From a virus (taxonomy: Duplodnaviria > Caudoviricetes), in IMG/VR virus record IMGVR_UViG_3300043252_000005, positions 1,101 to 65,100 of that record: a DNA stretch of 64,000 nucleotides. One strand, written 5' to 3'. A model generated the notes under the pieces. It was not told the origin of the DNA. It did not search any database and saw nothing but the letters and a program-made list of their open reading frames with translations. Below, in pieces: positions 25,254-34,361 of the stretch. The translations under genes were made by a program, and so were the position numbers. The stretch's first letter is position 1, and the number at the start of each line of letters is the position of its first letter.

Positions 25254-26081
25254 ATGCTCTCCACGATCCTCGGCGCGCTCTCGCTGATCTCGATGACCGT
25301 GCTGCCCGGCGCGACATATCAGACGTACAGCTACACCGCGCCCGACGCGCTGCCCGGCGTGGCATTTGTTGGCGGCTGGGCAACGCGCGCCGATGTCGGT
25401 CCCGATCAACTCTACTGGACGCGCGCCGGCGAAGTCGTGCCGCATCCGCTTGTCTGGTCAGTGCCGCCGGTATCGCAGCATGTGAACGATCCGACCGTGA
25501 TTGCCGGCCCTGGCGGGCGCCTCTGGATGTATTTCACGGAGTTGCCGAACGCTGATGCGACAGCGGACGAGATGGATCTGAAGAACAGCATCAGCCTCGC
25601 CGTCTCCGATGATGGCGGGGCGACCTGGGCGGAGGAAGGTGTCGTCGTGCCGGATGGATGGAGCCCGGCTGCGATCGAGAACAGCGACGGCGGTAAGGCG
25701 CTCCTCTGGCACACGAACAGCTCCGACCCGCAGGTGCAGATCGGGCTTATCGGTGACAATGGCGCGCTGCTGTTCTGGTTCACCCTGCCGGAAATCCACG
25801 CGGTCAACGTCTCGGTGGCGCAGCTCGGCGATGGCTCGTACCTGCTCGTCGGCAATGGCATCGGCCCGCTGCCGTTCTACGATATCGTGGCCTACCGCTC
25901 GACCGATCTCGTTCACTGGCGGCCATTCCAGGCGTCCGGCCCGATCCTCGTCAACGCCGGGAGTGCGCAGCTTTTGACGCCGGAGGTAAAATCCTTGGCG
26001 AATGGGCATATCTCGCTGACTTTCACCGAAGAAGTGAGCGCTCAGGAAACTGTCACGATGCGATGGGAAATCGCGCTATAA
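25254..26081 (+). CDS. Secreted beta-propeller glycoside-hydrolase-like protein (GH32/43-like or Asp-box)
   Basis: GGAGG SD; hydrophobic N-terminus; VNDPTVI, SDDGGATW Asp-box, YRSTDLVHW. Confidence 0.7.
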   Translation: MLSTILGALSLISMTVLPGATYQTYSYTAPDALPGVAFVGGWATRADVGPDQLYWTRAGEVVPHPLVWSVPPVSQHVNDPTVIAGPGGRLWMYFTELPNADATADEMDLKNSISLAVSDDGGATWAEEGVVVPDGWSPAAIENSDGGKALLWHTNSSDPQVQIGLIGDNGALLFWFTLPEIHAVNVSVAQLGDGSYLLVGNGIGPLPFYDIVAYRSTDLVHWRPFQASGPILVNAGSAQLLTPEVKSLANGHISLTFTEEVSAQETVTMRWEIAL

Positions 26082-26091
26082 TCGGCCCATT

Positions 26092-26622
26092 ATGACCGAA
26101 GAAGCTGCTCCCAAGCGACCGAAGCGCCCGACCGGCCGCCCGAATGGCAGGCCGCCGACGCACCGCCGCAAGCTGGATAGGGTCGGCATCGATTGGGTAT
26201 GCGACAGGCTGCTTGAGGGCTGGTCGCAACGCCGCATAGCCGATGAAGTCGGCATCGTCATTCCCACGCTGATCAAATGGGTACAGGCGGATCCTGCCCG
26301 CGCAACGCTGTGGCGCCAGGCGCGCACCGCTTCCGCCGAGATCTTCAGCGAAATGGCTGAGCAAGCCGTGTGTGCGATCCCGAAGGACGCTACGAAGTCC
26401 GAGATCATCAAGGGTGTCGAACTCGCCCGGCATTACCGCTGGCTGGCCGGCAAGCGCGATCAGGTGGGATTTGGGCCGCGGCAGACTGTCGTCGGCGACA
26501 AGGACAACCCCATCCAAGTCAGCAGCGCTATCGATATTTCCACGCTCACCGACAACCAGATCGACGCGCTTATTTCCCGGCTGCAGCGCCGCGGCAATGG
26601 CGATGACGGCGCCGGCGAATAG
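26092..26622 (+). CDS. terS: Terminase small subunit
   Basis: HTH (WSQRRIADEVGI), RWLAGKR...FG, GDKDNPIQV; precedes terL. Confidence 0.85.
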   Translation: MTEEAAPKRPKRPTGRPNGRPPTHRRKLDRVGIDWVCDRLLEGWSQRRIADEVGIVIPTLIKWVQADPARATLWRQARTASAEIFSEMAEQAVCAIPKDATKSEIIKGVELARHYRWLAGKRDQVGFGPRQTVVGDKDNPIQVSSAIDISTLTDNQIDALISRLQRRGNGDDGAGE

Positions 26623-26625
26623 CTG

Positions 26626-28218
26626 ATGGGCCGCCTGCGCCAAGACGAGGTTGATGCCCTTCAGGCGCTCCTGGCTGAGCAGGCACGGCGCCGCACCGAC
26701 GCCAACTACGCCGCCGATCTCGAAAATCGCCAGCAGCTCGCCCGCACGAAACTCTACCAGGCATACCCTGAGACCGGGCCGCTGCGCCGCGAGCTCTACG
26801 GCAAGCACCTGCAGCACTTCGCGGCGAGCGCCATTTTCGGCCAGATCGCCATCATGGGCGGCAACAGATCGGGAAAGACGTTCGGCAACTGCTATCAGAT
26901 CGCCTGCCATATGACCGGCTGGTATCCGTCGTGGTGGCACGGCCGGCGTTTCAGCCGTCCCGTGACCGTGTGGGCCGCCGGCGAAGATGGCAAGTCCGTG
27001 CGCGATTCCCTGCAGGAAACCTATCTCGGCCCGGTCGGCAGCTTCGGAACCGGCCTTATCCCCTACGACAAGCTCGAACGCTACGCGACCCGCAGCGGCA
27101 TCGCCGACGCTATCGACAGCTTCACCGTCAAGCACATCAACGGCGGCCTGTCCCGGCTGGTGTTCAAATCCTACGACCAGAAGCGCGAGGCGTTCCAGGC
27201 GGCCAAGGTCGACATCATCCAACTCGACGAAGAACCACCGATCGCGATCTACACTGAGGCGTTGACGCGGACGCTCTCGACCAACCCGAGCGAGCCTAAT
27301 GGGTTGGTGATAGCTGGCTTCACGCCGCTGAAAGGTCTCTCGGCTGTCGTGCTGTCGTTCCTGCCGGGCGGCGATCGGAAAGAGGGCGAGGTTACTGGCC
27401 CTGAGGGCAACCTCAAGACCGACAAGTACGTGACCTTCTGCGCCTGGGAAGACGCGCCGCATCTGAGCGATGACAGCAAGGCGAAGCTGATCGCCTCCTA
27501 TCAGCCGCACGAACGAGACGCGCGCACCAAGGGTGTGCCGGCGCTGGGATCTGGCGCTATCTATCCGATCCCTGAAGAGGAAATCATCTGCGATCCGATC
27601 CAAATCCCGAATTGGTGGCCGAGGGCCTACGGCATGGACGTGGGTTGGAACCGGACGGCGGTTATCTGGGGCGCAATGGATCCAGAGGCGGATATCCTCT
27701 ACCTCATCGACGAGCATTACCGCGGGCAGGCCGAGCCAGCCATCCACGCAGCTGCCATCAAGGCGCGCGGGCTCTGGATCAACGGTGTGATCGATCCGGC
27801 GGCACACGGGCGCTCGCAGCGCGACGGAGAATCGCTGGCCGGCATCTACAAGGAACTCGGCCTCACCAACCTCATCGCGGCCGACAACAAGGTGACCGGG
27901 CCAGAGGGCGGCATCTACGAGGTGTGGATGCGGCTATCGACTGGCCGCCTCCGCGTGTTCAAGACGCTGCAGAACTGGCGCGCGGAATATCGGATCTACC
28001 GGCGCGACGAGAAGGGCAAAATCGTCAAGGAGAACGACCATCTGCTCGATGCTACCCGATACCTGTGCATGTCCGGCGTGAAGCGCGCCAGCCTGCCGCC
28101 GCATGATAAGCGCTATCCGCAAACGGCGGCGGTGCAGCGCAGCGATTACGACCCCTTCGACGCCTTCCGCCGCGAGATCACGCCGCGGCAGCAGCGCTTT
28201 CCCGGAGATATGTCGTGA
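26626..28218 (+). CDS. terL: Terminase large subunit (P22-like)
   Basis: MGGNRSGKT Walker A, IIQLDEEP, GMDVGWN, KENDHLLDATRY. Confidence 0.96.
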   Translation: MGRLRQDEVDALQALLAEQARRRTDANYAADLENRQQLARTKLYQAYPETGPLRRELYGKHLQHFAASAIFGQIAIMGGNRSGKTFGNCYQIACHMTGWYPSWWHGRRFSRPVTVWAAGEDGKSVRDSLQETYLGPVGSFGTGLIPYDKLERYATRSGIADAIDSFTVKHINGGLSRLVFKSYDQKREAFQAAKVDIIQLDEEPPIAIYTEALTRTLSTNPSEPNGLVIAGFTPLKGLSAVVLSFLPGGDRKEGEVTGPEGNLKTDKYVTFCAWEDAPHLSDDSKAKLIASYQPHERDARTKGVPALGSGAIYPIPEEEIICDPIQIPNWWPRAYGMDVGWNRTAVIWGAMDPEADILYLIDEHYRGQAEPAIHAAAIKARGLWINGVIDPAAHGRSQRDGESLAGIYKELGLTNLIAADNKVTGPEGGIYEVWMRLSTGRLRVFKTLQNWRAEYRIYRRDEKGKIVKENDHLLDATRYLCMSGVKRASLPPHDKRYPQTAAVQRSDYDPFDAFRREITPRQQRFPGDMS

Positions 28219-28481
28219 GTGTCACCCGCCTCGAACCAACGATCCCCATGCTCTATGGCCATGACGTTGAGGGCGAATGGCGGATCGGCAAAGGGCGCGC
28301 CTTCGCGATGATCGATTATAGCGAAGACCAGCATCTCCTCTTCGTGATCGCCGACGACAAGACCGGACAGGTATGGATCATCGCCAACCCATTCGTGCGG
28401 GTCCGCGGCAACGAGAGTCTGGGTACGGTCTGCGAAAATCCGGAGCGGCATCCCCAATTGCCTCACTTGCCGAAACCGTGA
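28215..28481 (+). CDS. Conserved hypothetical protein
   Basis: GKGRAFAMIDY...WIIANPFVRV; GTGA coupling. Confidence 0.65.
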   Translation: MSVTRLEPTIPMLYGHDVEGEWRIGKGRAFAMIDYSEDQHLLFVIADDKTGQVWIIANPFVRVRGNESLGTVCENPERHPQLPHLPKP

Positions 28482-28514
28482 TATTCATTCCAGCGCATTA
28501 GCCTGGAGACATTC

Positions 28515-28727
28515 ATGGGCTCGCTGTTCTCGTCACCCTCCGCACCACCGCCGCCCCCGCCGCCGGCCGCACCGCCGATCTTCGCCAATCCCGTAGTGGC
28601 GCAGGCTGGCACGGCAGGCAGCGCACAGGCGCGCGCCGCGGCCGGTATGGGGAACGACAACACGATCGGGACCAGCCCGACAGGCGCCGGCCAGCCGTCG
28701 ACCGGCAAAGCGACATTGGGCACATAA
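28515..28727 (+). CDS. Small Pro/Ala-rich virion protein typical upstream of podovirus portals
   Basis: MGSLFSSPSAPPPPPP...KATLG. Confidence 0.65.
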   Translation: MGSLFSSPSAPPPPPPPAAPPIFANPVVAQAGTAGSAQARAAAGMGNDNTIGTSPTGAGQPSTGKATLGT

Positions 28728-28918
28728 TGAGCGAGTGCGTCCTTCATGGGCACTTGCCAGCGAAAGCGGCCGGCATCGGCACGTATGAAGGCGAGGAATT
28801 CACGGTCTGCACACGCTGCGGCGCGACACTCGACAGCAAAGGCAAGCCGATGACGCAAGAACTGGTCGAAGCCAATCGGGCGATCTCGGCCGCGTTTCAT
28901 AGGGCGACGCATCCATGA
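28727..28918 (+). CDS. Small zinc-ribbon protein
   Basis: CVLHGH...CTRCG; TAATG coupling. Confidence 0.55.
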   Translation: MSECVLHGHLPAKAAGIGTYEGEEFTVCTRCGATLDSKGKPMTQELVEANRAISAAFHRATHP

Positions 28919-29223
28919 GATGGACAAAGCGCAAGGGCTGGCACACGCCGCGCCAGACATTTCAGATGCGGCTGCTGATCGCTGGTTTCCGGCTGATGCA
29001 TCGCGCGGCCGAAACGAAGGCCATCGGGCGCACGCTTAGGGTACTCGCGGCGCACAGATGCCGCCACATCGGCGCCCGCATGCAGAGGCTCCGGCACATG
29101 AAGAGTTTCGACTTCCCTTTGGATTACGCGCTCTATCAGGGATGGACATGGGAACGGCGCAAGTCGCCGCCCGGCGCGCAGATCGAGCCGCCTGTTCGCT
29201 ATCATCCGGGAGCGCCCGAATAA
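28915..29223 (+). CDS. Arg-rich basic protein
   Basis: ATGA and TAATG coupling on either side. Confidence 0.55.
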   Translation: MRWTKRKGWHTPRQTFQMRLLIAGFRLMHRAAETKAIGRTLRVLAAHRCRHIGARMQRLRHMKSFDFPLDYALYQGWTWERRKSPPGAQIEPPVRYHPGAPE

Positions 29224-29549
29224 TGGGCTTCATCGCTGACGAACCGATCCACAGCAACGTCGACATAACCGCCGATGAAACCGGCAAGCGATCGGTCTAT
29301 TACACGACGGCATTCGGCATCAAGCTGCTACTCGGCGAGCACATCATCGGTGCGCGCTATACGCACAACGGCCAGGAATTCACGGTTGAACCCACGGGGG
29401 TCGTCAGCGTGCGCGAGATCATGGTGGGATTCACCGATGGCTGGCGCGAGGCGATGCGGGCGAGTGACGACGGGATGGCCGAGCCGCGGCGCCGGGTGAG
29501 CCAGGAAGAGGCAGCGATACCGCTCCATCTCCTCGGATTTCTCCACTGA
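29223..29549 (+). CDS. Hypothetical protein
   Basis: TAATG and TGATG coupling to portal. Confidence 0.6.
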   Translation: MGFIADEPIHSNVDITADETGKRSVYYTTAFGIKLLLGEHIIGARYTHNGQEFTVEPTGVVSVREIMVGFTDGWREAMRASDDGMAEPRRRVSQEEAAIPLHLLGFLH

Positions 29550-31444
29550 TGGCCAAACCTGACCCGCAAGCACCTTCCGAAGCGCCGCCGTGGGCGACGC
29601 AATCGCCGGCATTCCTCGCCCAGCAGCCGCCCGAGATCGAGGTGAAGGCGAAGGAGGGCGAGACGCCGGCCGAGGCGAAAAAGCGCAAGCGCCGTACCGA
29701 AACGATCCAGGCGCACGCCGAGCGGCGGATGAATTGGATGCGCACCATGCGTTGGGTCTGGTGGCGCCAGGCTGGCCTCATCGCGCAGTTCATCGTGCCG
29801 CATCGCTGGCATTTCTTCATTTACGCGAACCGCACCTACCGCGACGGCATCGTCAATCAGGCGATCATCGACAGCAGCGCTACGGATGCGCTCCAGATCT
29901 GCGCCTCCGGCCTCTGGTCCGGTATCACCAACCCCTCGAAGGAGTGGTTCAAGCTTGAGATCGCGCTGCCGTGGCGGAAGCCCACCCAGCAGGAAAAGCT
30001 GTGGCTGAAGGATACGACCGAACGCCTGTTCGCGGCGCTGGCGCAGACCAATTTCTATTCGACCGCAGCGCAGTTGTTCGAGGATATGACAGCGTTTGGC
30101 ACTGCGCCGATGATCATCTACGAGAACGATGAGACCGTCTTCACGTTCTATCTGCCGTGCCCAGGCGAGTTTTTCGTGCAGGTCGGTAGCACGTACACGG
30201 TCGATGTGCTCTATCGCGAATACACGAACACCGTAGCCCAACTGGTGCAGGAGTTCGGCATCGAGCGCATGCCCAGCGTGATCAAAAAGGAATGGATGCG
30301 CGGCGGCGCCTCGATGGACAAAGAGTTCGTCGTTTGCCACGCGATCGAGCCGAACAACGAGTTGATGGAAGACAAGACCGGCGAGAAGTTCTGGCCGGCG
30401 CCGAAGGCCATGCCGTATCGTGAAATCTACTGGATTCGTGCGGCTGGCACTGATGGCGTGATCAGCGTGACCGGCGACCACGAAAAGCCGTTTGTCTGCG
30501 GGCGCTGGAGTAAGGTTTCGAACGATGCCTATGCGCCATCCTGCCCTGGCATGACGGCGCTCGGCGATACGCAGCAGCTGCAGCTCGAGACGCGGCGAAA
30601 GGCGGAATTCATCGAGAAGGGCGTCCGGCCGCCGATGGGCGCCGATGTGAGCCTAGAGAATAAGCCGCTATCGATCACGCCCGGTGGCACGACTTTCATG
30701 GACACGAGTTCCGGCAACATCAAGCGCTACTTCCCGCTCTATGAGCCTGTCCCGCAATGGCTGGCCGGGCTCACCGCCGACATCAAGGAAGTGATCGAGC
30801 GGATCAAGCGGACATTCAAAAACTACGTGTTCAACGCCATCACGGACATGGAAGGCGTCCAGCCGCGGAACGAGCTCGAACTCACCAAGCGCGAGAACGA
30901 ACGCTTGCAGCAGCTCGGGCCGCCGATCAATCTCATCATCGAGGAATTCGCCGGGCCGGCGATCCGCCGCTGCGAAGCGATCATGCGGCGGAAGGGCATG
31001 CTCGAACCGATGCCGCGGTCGCTCCAGGGCGTGCCGCTCAAGATCAAGTACACCGGCATCCTCGAAATCGCCCAGCAGCAGGCGCAGCAGGTAGCGCTTG
31101 AGAACTTCCTGCAGAAGATGGGCGAGGCGAGCCTTGCCGCGATCGAGGCGAAGCTGCCGAGCCCACTGCGCAAGGTGAACCTGGACAAGATCGCCGATCA
31201 CTATGCCGATCTGTGCGGCATCCCGCCCGACGTGATGCGGACGGATGAGGAGGTTGCGCAATTGGATCAGGCCGCGCACCAGGCTATGCAGCAGGCAATG
31301 GCGCCGCAGCAAGCCGAGACAGCGGTGAACGCGGCGCAGACGATGGCGCAGACGCCTACGGGGCCAGGGACGCTTCTGCATGCCATCACAGGTGGCAAGC
31401 TCGGCGGCGGCGCAGCGGCGCCGGCAACGGGGCCTGGGCAGTGA
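29549..31444 (+). CDS. Portal (T7/BPP-1-type head-tail connector)
   Basis: ALQICASGLWSGITNPSKEWF, FGTA, RWSKV...Y...PGMTALGD, ELTKRENERLQQLGP. Confidence 0.93.
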   Translation: MAKPDPQAPSEAPPWATQSPAFLAQQPPEIEVKAKEGETPAEAKKRKRRTETIQAHAERRMNWMRTMRWVWWRQAGLIAQFIVPHRWHFFIYANRTYRDGIVNQAIIDSSATDALQICASGLWSGITNPSKEWFKLEIALPWRKPTQQEKLWLKDTTERLFAALAQTNFYSTAAQLFEDMTAFGTAPMIIYENDETVFTFYLPCPGEFFVQVGSTYTVDVLYREYTNTVAQLVQEFGIERMPSVIKKEWMRGGASMDKEFVVCHAIEPNNELMEDKTGEKFWPAPKAMPYREIYWIRAAGTDGVISVTGDHEKPFVCGRWSKVSNDAYAPSCPGMTALGDTQQLQLETRRKAEFIEKGVRPPMGADVSLENKPLSITPGGTTFMDTSSGNIKRYFPLYEPVPQWLAGLTADIKEVIERIKRTFKNYVFNAITDMEGVQPRNELELTKRENERLQQLGPPINLIIEEFAGPAIRRCEAIMRRKGMLEPMPRSLQGVPLKIKYTGILEIAQQQAQQVALENFLQKMGEASLAAIEAKLPSPLRKVNLDKIADHYADLCGIPPDVMRTDEEVAQLDQAAHQAMQQAMAPQQAETAVNAAQTMAQTPTGPGTLLHAITGGKLGGGAAAPATGPGQ

Positions 31445-31617
31445 CGGCGGTTGGCGTAGAGATCCACGTCACTGCGCTGAAGCCGCGCGGCTACCTCTGG
31501 GAGGTGATCGACCGCGGCGGCATCGACCGGCTGCCGTCCTGCGAGTCCGGCCTCGCATTGACGGAAGAGGCGGCCAAAGCCGAAGCCGCGGCAATCGTAA
31601 AGGGACGCAAGCCATGA
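31441..31617 (+). CDS. 58-aa hypothetical protein
   Basis: Hand translation MTAVGVEIHVTALKPRGYLWEV...; GTGA/ATGA coupling. Confidence 0.55.
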   Translation: MTAVGVEIHVTALKPRGYLWEVIDRGGIDRLPSCESGLALTEEAAKAEAAAIVKGRKP

Positions 31618-32102
31618 TCACCGAAAAGCCCTGGCGCATCCCGCCGACCGCGACATCCGGCGAGCGCGAGGTGCTAGCGCTCCTGCATCAATGCCTCGGC
31701 CGCGCGCCGCACTGCTGCCGGTCGATCGCCGGGCACGCCGATCACAAGCAGGAATTCTCGAAGCTGATGGTTGACCTGCAGGCGATCGAGCATTGCATGC
31801 GCGAGATGGCGAAGCACCGCGACGATCTGCGCTGGCTCACTATCTGCCCGCATCTGGCCGAGGTGCAGCGGCGCGCGCAGAAATGGCTCGTCCCATTCAC
31901 TGTCAGCGGCAAGAAGCTGTTCACGATCCTGGCCGATAAGCTGGAGCAGCTTCATGCGCAGGTGCGGCGCCTAGAATTAATCCGGCCGCCGAAGCTCGGC
32001 TTCATCGATCTGCCTGATCAGCCGTTCACGCGGACGCAGGGGCGGCCGATGCAGGTCAAGCAGCCGGGTCTCATCCTTCCGCCGAAGTTGCGCGCCGTAT
32101 GA
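31614..32102 (+). CDS. Hypothetical protein
   Basis: ATGA coupling on both sides. Confidence 0.6.
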   Translation: MITEKPWRIPPTATSGEREVLALLHQCLGRAPHCCRSIAGHADHKQEFSKLMVDLQAIEHCMREMAKHRDDLRWLTICPHLAEVQRRAQKWLVPFTVSGKKLFTILADKLEQLHAQVRRLELIRPPKLGFIDLPDQPFTRTQGRPMQVKQPGLILPPKLRAV

Positions 32103-32512
32103 TCCAGGAAGACGATTTCGTCCCGGCCTTCGTCGAGGAATCGCTAGACGACCAGCGCGAGCGCGAGAAGCTGGCGAAGGAACTGGCCGACGAGCGCCGG
32201 CGCGAGGATCAAAAGTGGTGGCAGGCCGCGCTCAGCACGAAGGTCGGCCGCCGCTGCATCTGGGAACGGCTGGTAGCTGCCGGCACGTTCCGCCGCGGCA
32301 ATGAGCATTTCGCGATGGCTCCAGGGGGGATGCCGGCCGACCGCGCGACGGACTATCACATGGGCGCGCACGACTACGGCCGGCAATGGTGGGAGTGGCT
32401 GCTTGCGGTGGAGACGGAACTGGCGATCCTGATGCGCTGCGAAAATGACGCTCAATTCAAGCGGCTGCGCGACGATCGCATGCCAGACGAAGGGCCGCCG
32501 CGCCCCGCCTGA
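32099..32512 (+). CDS. Bbp19-like head-module protein
   Basis: LSTKVGRRCIW...TDYHMG..DYGRQW; lies between portal and scaffold. Confidence 0.7.
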   Translation: MIQEDDFVPAFVEESLDDQREREKLAKELADERRREDQKWWQAALSTKVGRRCIWERLVAAGTFRRGNEHFAMAPGGMPADRATDYHMGAHDYGRQWWEWLLAVETELAILMRCENDAQFKRLRDDRMPDEGPPRPA

Positions 32513-32872
32513 TCACTGCTCCGTCATCCCCTCGATATCCATCGCCTCGGCCATCGCCCGCTCGCCCATGCGCTTCTGCGCCTCGGACGCCTTGTGCGCC
32601 TCGAAGAATGGCCAGCGGTGCTCAACGATATCCCGCAGATCCAGCGTGAAATCTGTCGTGATGTCGGCCGCCTGCTCCAGCGTGTCCGCCTTGAGGCTGA
32701 TCAGCATGCCGATTGTGACCATCATCGCCCGGATGCGCGCAGCGTCGCCGTACTTCATCAGAACCAGGCCGAGTTCGGCGCACAGGGCATCGAATTCCGC
32801 TTTGTGCTCATCGTATCCGTTCGGCTGCGGCTGCGCCATCTCGGCGAGGCGACGGCGTTTGCTCTCGTTCAT
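32513..32872 (-). CDS. Hypothetical protein (inverted cassette)
   Basis: MNESKRRRLAE...; ATGA coupling. Confidence 0.6.
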   Translation of the reverse strand: MNESKRRRLAEMAQPQPNGYDEHKAEFDALCAELGLVLMKYGDAARIRAMMVTIGMLISLKADTLEQAADITTDFTLDLRDIVEHRWPFFEAHKASEAQKRMGERAMAEAMDIEGMTEQ

Positions 32873-33198
32873 TGCGGGCAATCCTTCCCGCCGGGGCATG
32901 CCTCAATCGCGTAGCCGTCGAATGTCGGAGCGGATGACCGGCCGACGAGATCGCACGCAATGATGCCTTTGCCTAAATCCTGGCAGCGCTCACCAAATGT
33001 CGCCGGCGCGGTTCCTGGCTCCGGCGCCACTGCGTCGGCAATCGCCATCAGCAGCTTGTGCTGGGCGCCAACAAGATTATCGAGCGCGAAGACGAGTTTC
33101 TGCTCGGCAACGATATCCTGCTGCATCGTGATCTGATGGAGCGCCATTGCGCCCGTAAGGACGGACAGCAGCGCAAGCGCGATTCCGGTTTTCGTCAT
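32869..33198 (-). CDS. Signal-anchored small protein, paralogue of 24359-24655
   Basis: MTKTGIAL...TFDGYAIEACPGGKDCP. Confidence 0.7.
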   Translation of the reverse strand: MTKTGIALALLSVLTGAMALHQITMQQDIVAEQKLVFALDNLVGAQHKLLMAIADAVAPEPGTAPATFGERCQDLGKGIIACDLVGRSSAPTFDGYAIEACPGGKDCPQ

Positions 33199-33380
33199 CT
33201 GGCCGTTCCCTTCCGTCTGTCATCATCCTCGAATTGCCGGATCAGCCGAGCCCAAAGGATCTGGCTGATGGAGACGCCGGCTGATTTCGCCTCGGCAGAT
33301 ATCCGGCTGAAAACCGGATCTGGCAGGCGAACAGTGATCGGCGTCCGAATGTCTCGCTTCTCGGTCAATGCACTCTCCAC
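33195..33380 (-). CDS. Arc/ribbon-helix-helix regulator (start GTG 33380 or TTG 33368)
   Basis: PITVRLPDPVFSRISAEAKSAGVSISQIL. Confidence 0.75.
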   Translation of the reverse strand: MESALTEKRDIRTPITVRLPDPVFSRISAEAKSAGVSISQILWARLIRQFEDDDRRKGTAR

Positions 33381-33394
33381 CGCAGCGGAACCGA

Positions 33395-33423
33395 ATTATA
33401 ACGCATTGCTAAAGCACTTTCGA
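33395..33423 (-). promoter_or_regulatory. Promoter for inverted cassette, TCGAAA-N17-TATAAT
   Basis: Perfect -10 at 33395-33400 on minus strand. Confidence 0.55.
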
Positions 33424-33469
33424 GAGAAAGTCACCCGCATGTAGCGTATTTCCAAGGCAATTCCCCCGA

Positions 33470-34333
33470 TTGGCGGATGCCGCATTGACCGAAGAAGCGA
33501 TCAGCACAAGCGCCCCAGCCGCACCGGCCGCCCCAGTGGAGAGCGCGCCTGTTGCAGCTGCTCCCGCCATCGAAGCCCCTGCTGTTGTAGCCGAAGCCGC
33601 TCCCGTTGCGCCTGAGGCGCCGGTTGTTGTTGATCCGGCCGCAGCCGAGGCACCGGCCGCCGAAGCCGTCAAGCATCACAGCGAGACGAAAAGCCTGCTG
33701 TCCGAAGGCCAATTCGACGACGGCGCGAAGAAGCCTGACGCCGAGGCCAAGCCCGAGGGCGACAAGCCGGCCGAGCCTGCGGCGGATGCCTGGCAGCCGA
33801 TCGCATATGAACTCGCCGTGCCGGAAGATATCAAGCTCGATCCGGACGGTATGGAACGCCTCCAGGGCACCTTCAACAAGCTGCGCCTCTCGTCCGATCA
33901 GGCGAAGGATGCGGTCGCCGCCTATTACGACGAGGTTCGCAAGCTCCAGGCTTCTGAAAGCCAGCGTCACAACGACGCGTTTCAGAGCTACCGCAAGGAG
34001 CAGCAGGCGAAGATTATCGCGGACCCGGTGCTGGGCACGAAGGAAGGCTTGCAGACGATCTTCCGCATGCGCGATGCGCTGGTGCCGGAGAGCGATAAGG
34101 CCGACTTCGATGCGATGCTGAACGTCACGGGCGCCGGCGACCATATAGCAACCGCGCGATTGTTTTATCGCGTCAACGAATACGTCGAGCGCCGCATTGC
34201 TGAAGCGCTCCGTCCCTATCAGGAAGCGGCCCCGGCCGCCCCAGGTGCCAAAGCGCCTCCAGGCAACGGGCTCGATCCCAGCTTGCGCGGCATGCGGCGA
34301 GTTCACAGCATGACGACCCCAGGCGCCCGCTAG
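33470..34333 (+). CDS. Capsid scaffolding protein
   Basis: Ala/Pro/Glu-rich N-terminus, YELAVPEDIKLD, NVTGAGDH...RLF; immediately before MCP; TTG start uncertain. Confidence 0.8.
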   Translation: MADAALTEEAISTSAPAAPAAPVESAPVAAAPAIEAPAVVAEAAPVAPEAPVVVDPAAAEAPAAEAVKHHSETKSLLSEGQFDDGAKKPDAEAKPEGDKPAEPAADAWQPIAYELAVPEDIKLDPDGMERLQGTFNKLRLSSDQAKDAVAAYYDEVRKLQASESQRHNDAFQSYRKEQQAKIIADPVLGTKEGLQTIFRMRDALVPESDKADFDAMLNVTGAGDHIATARLFYRVNEYVERRIAEALRPYQEAAPAAPGAKAPPGNGLDPSLRGMRRVHSMTTPGAR

Positions 34334-34361
34334 CCGGGCATGATGTAGAGGAGCACGCACC

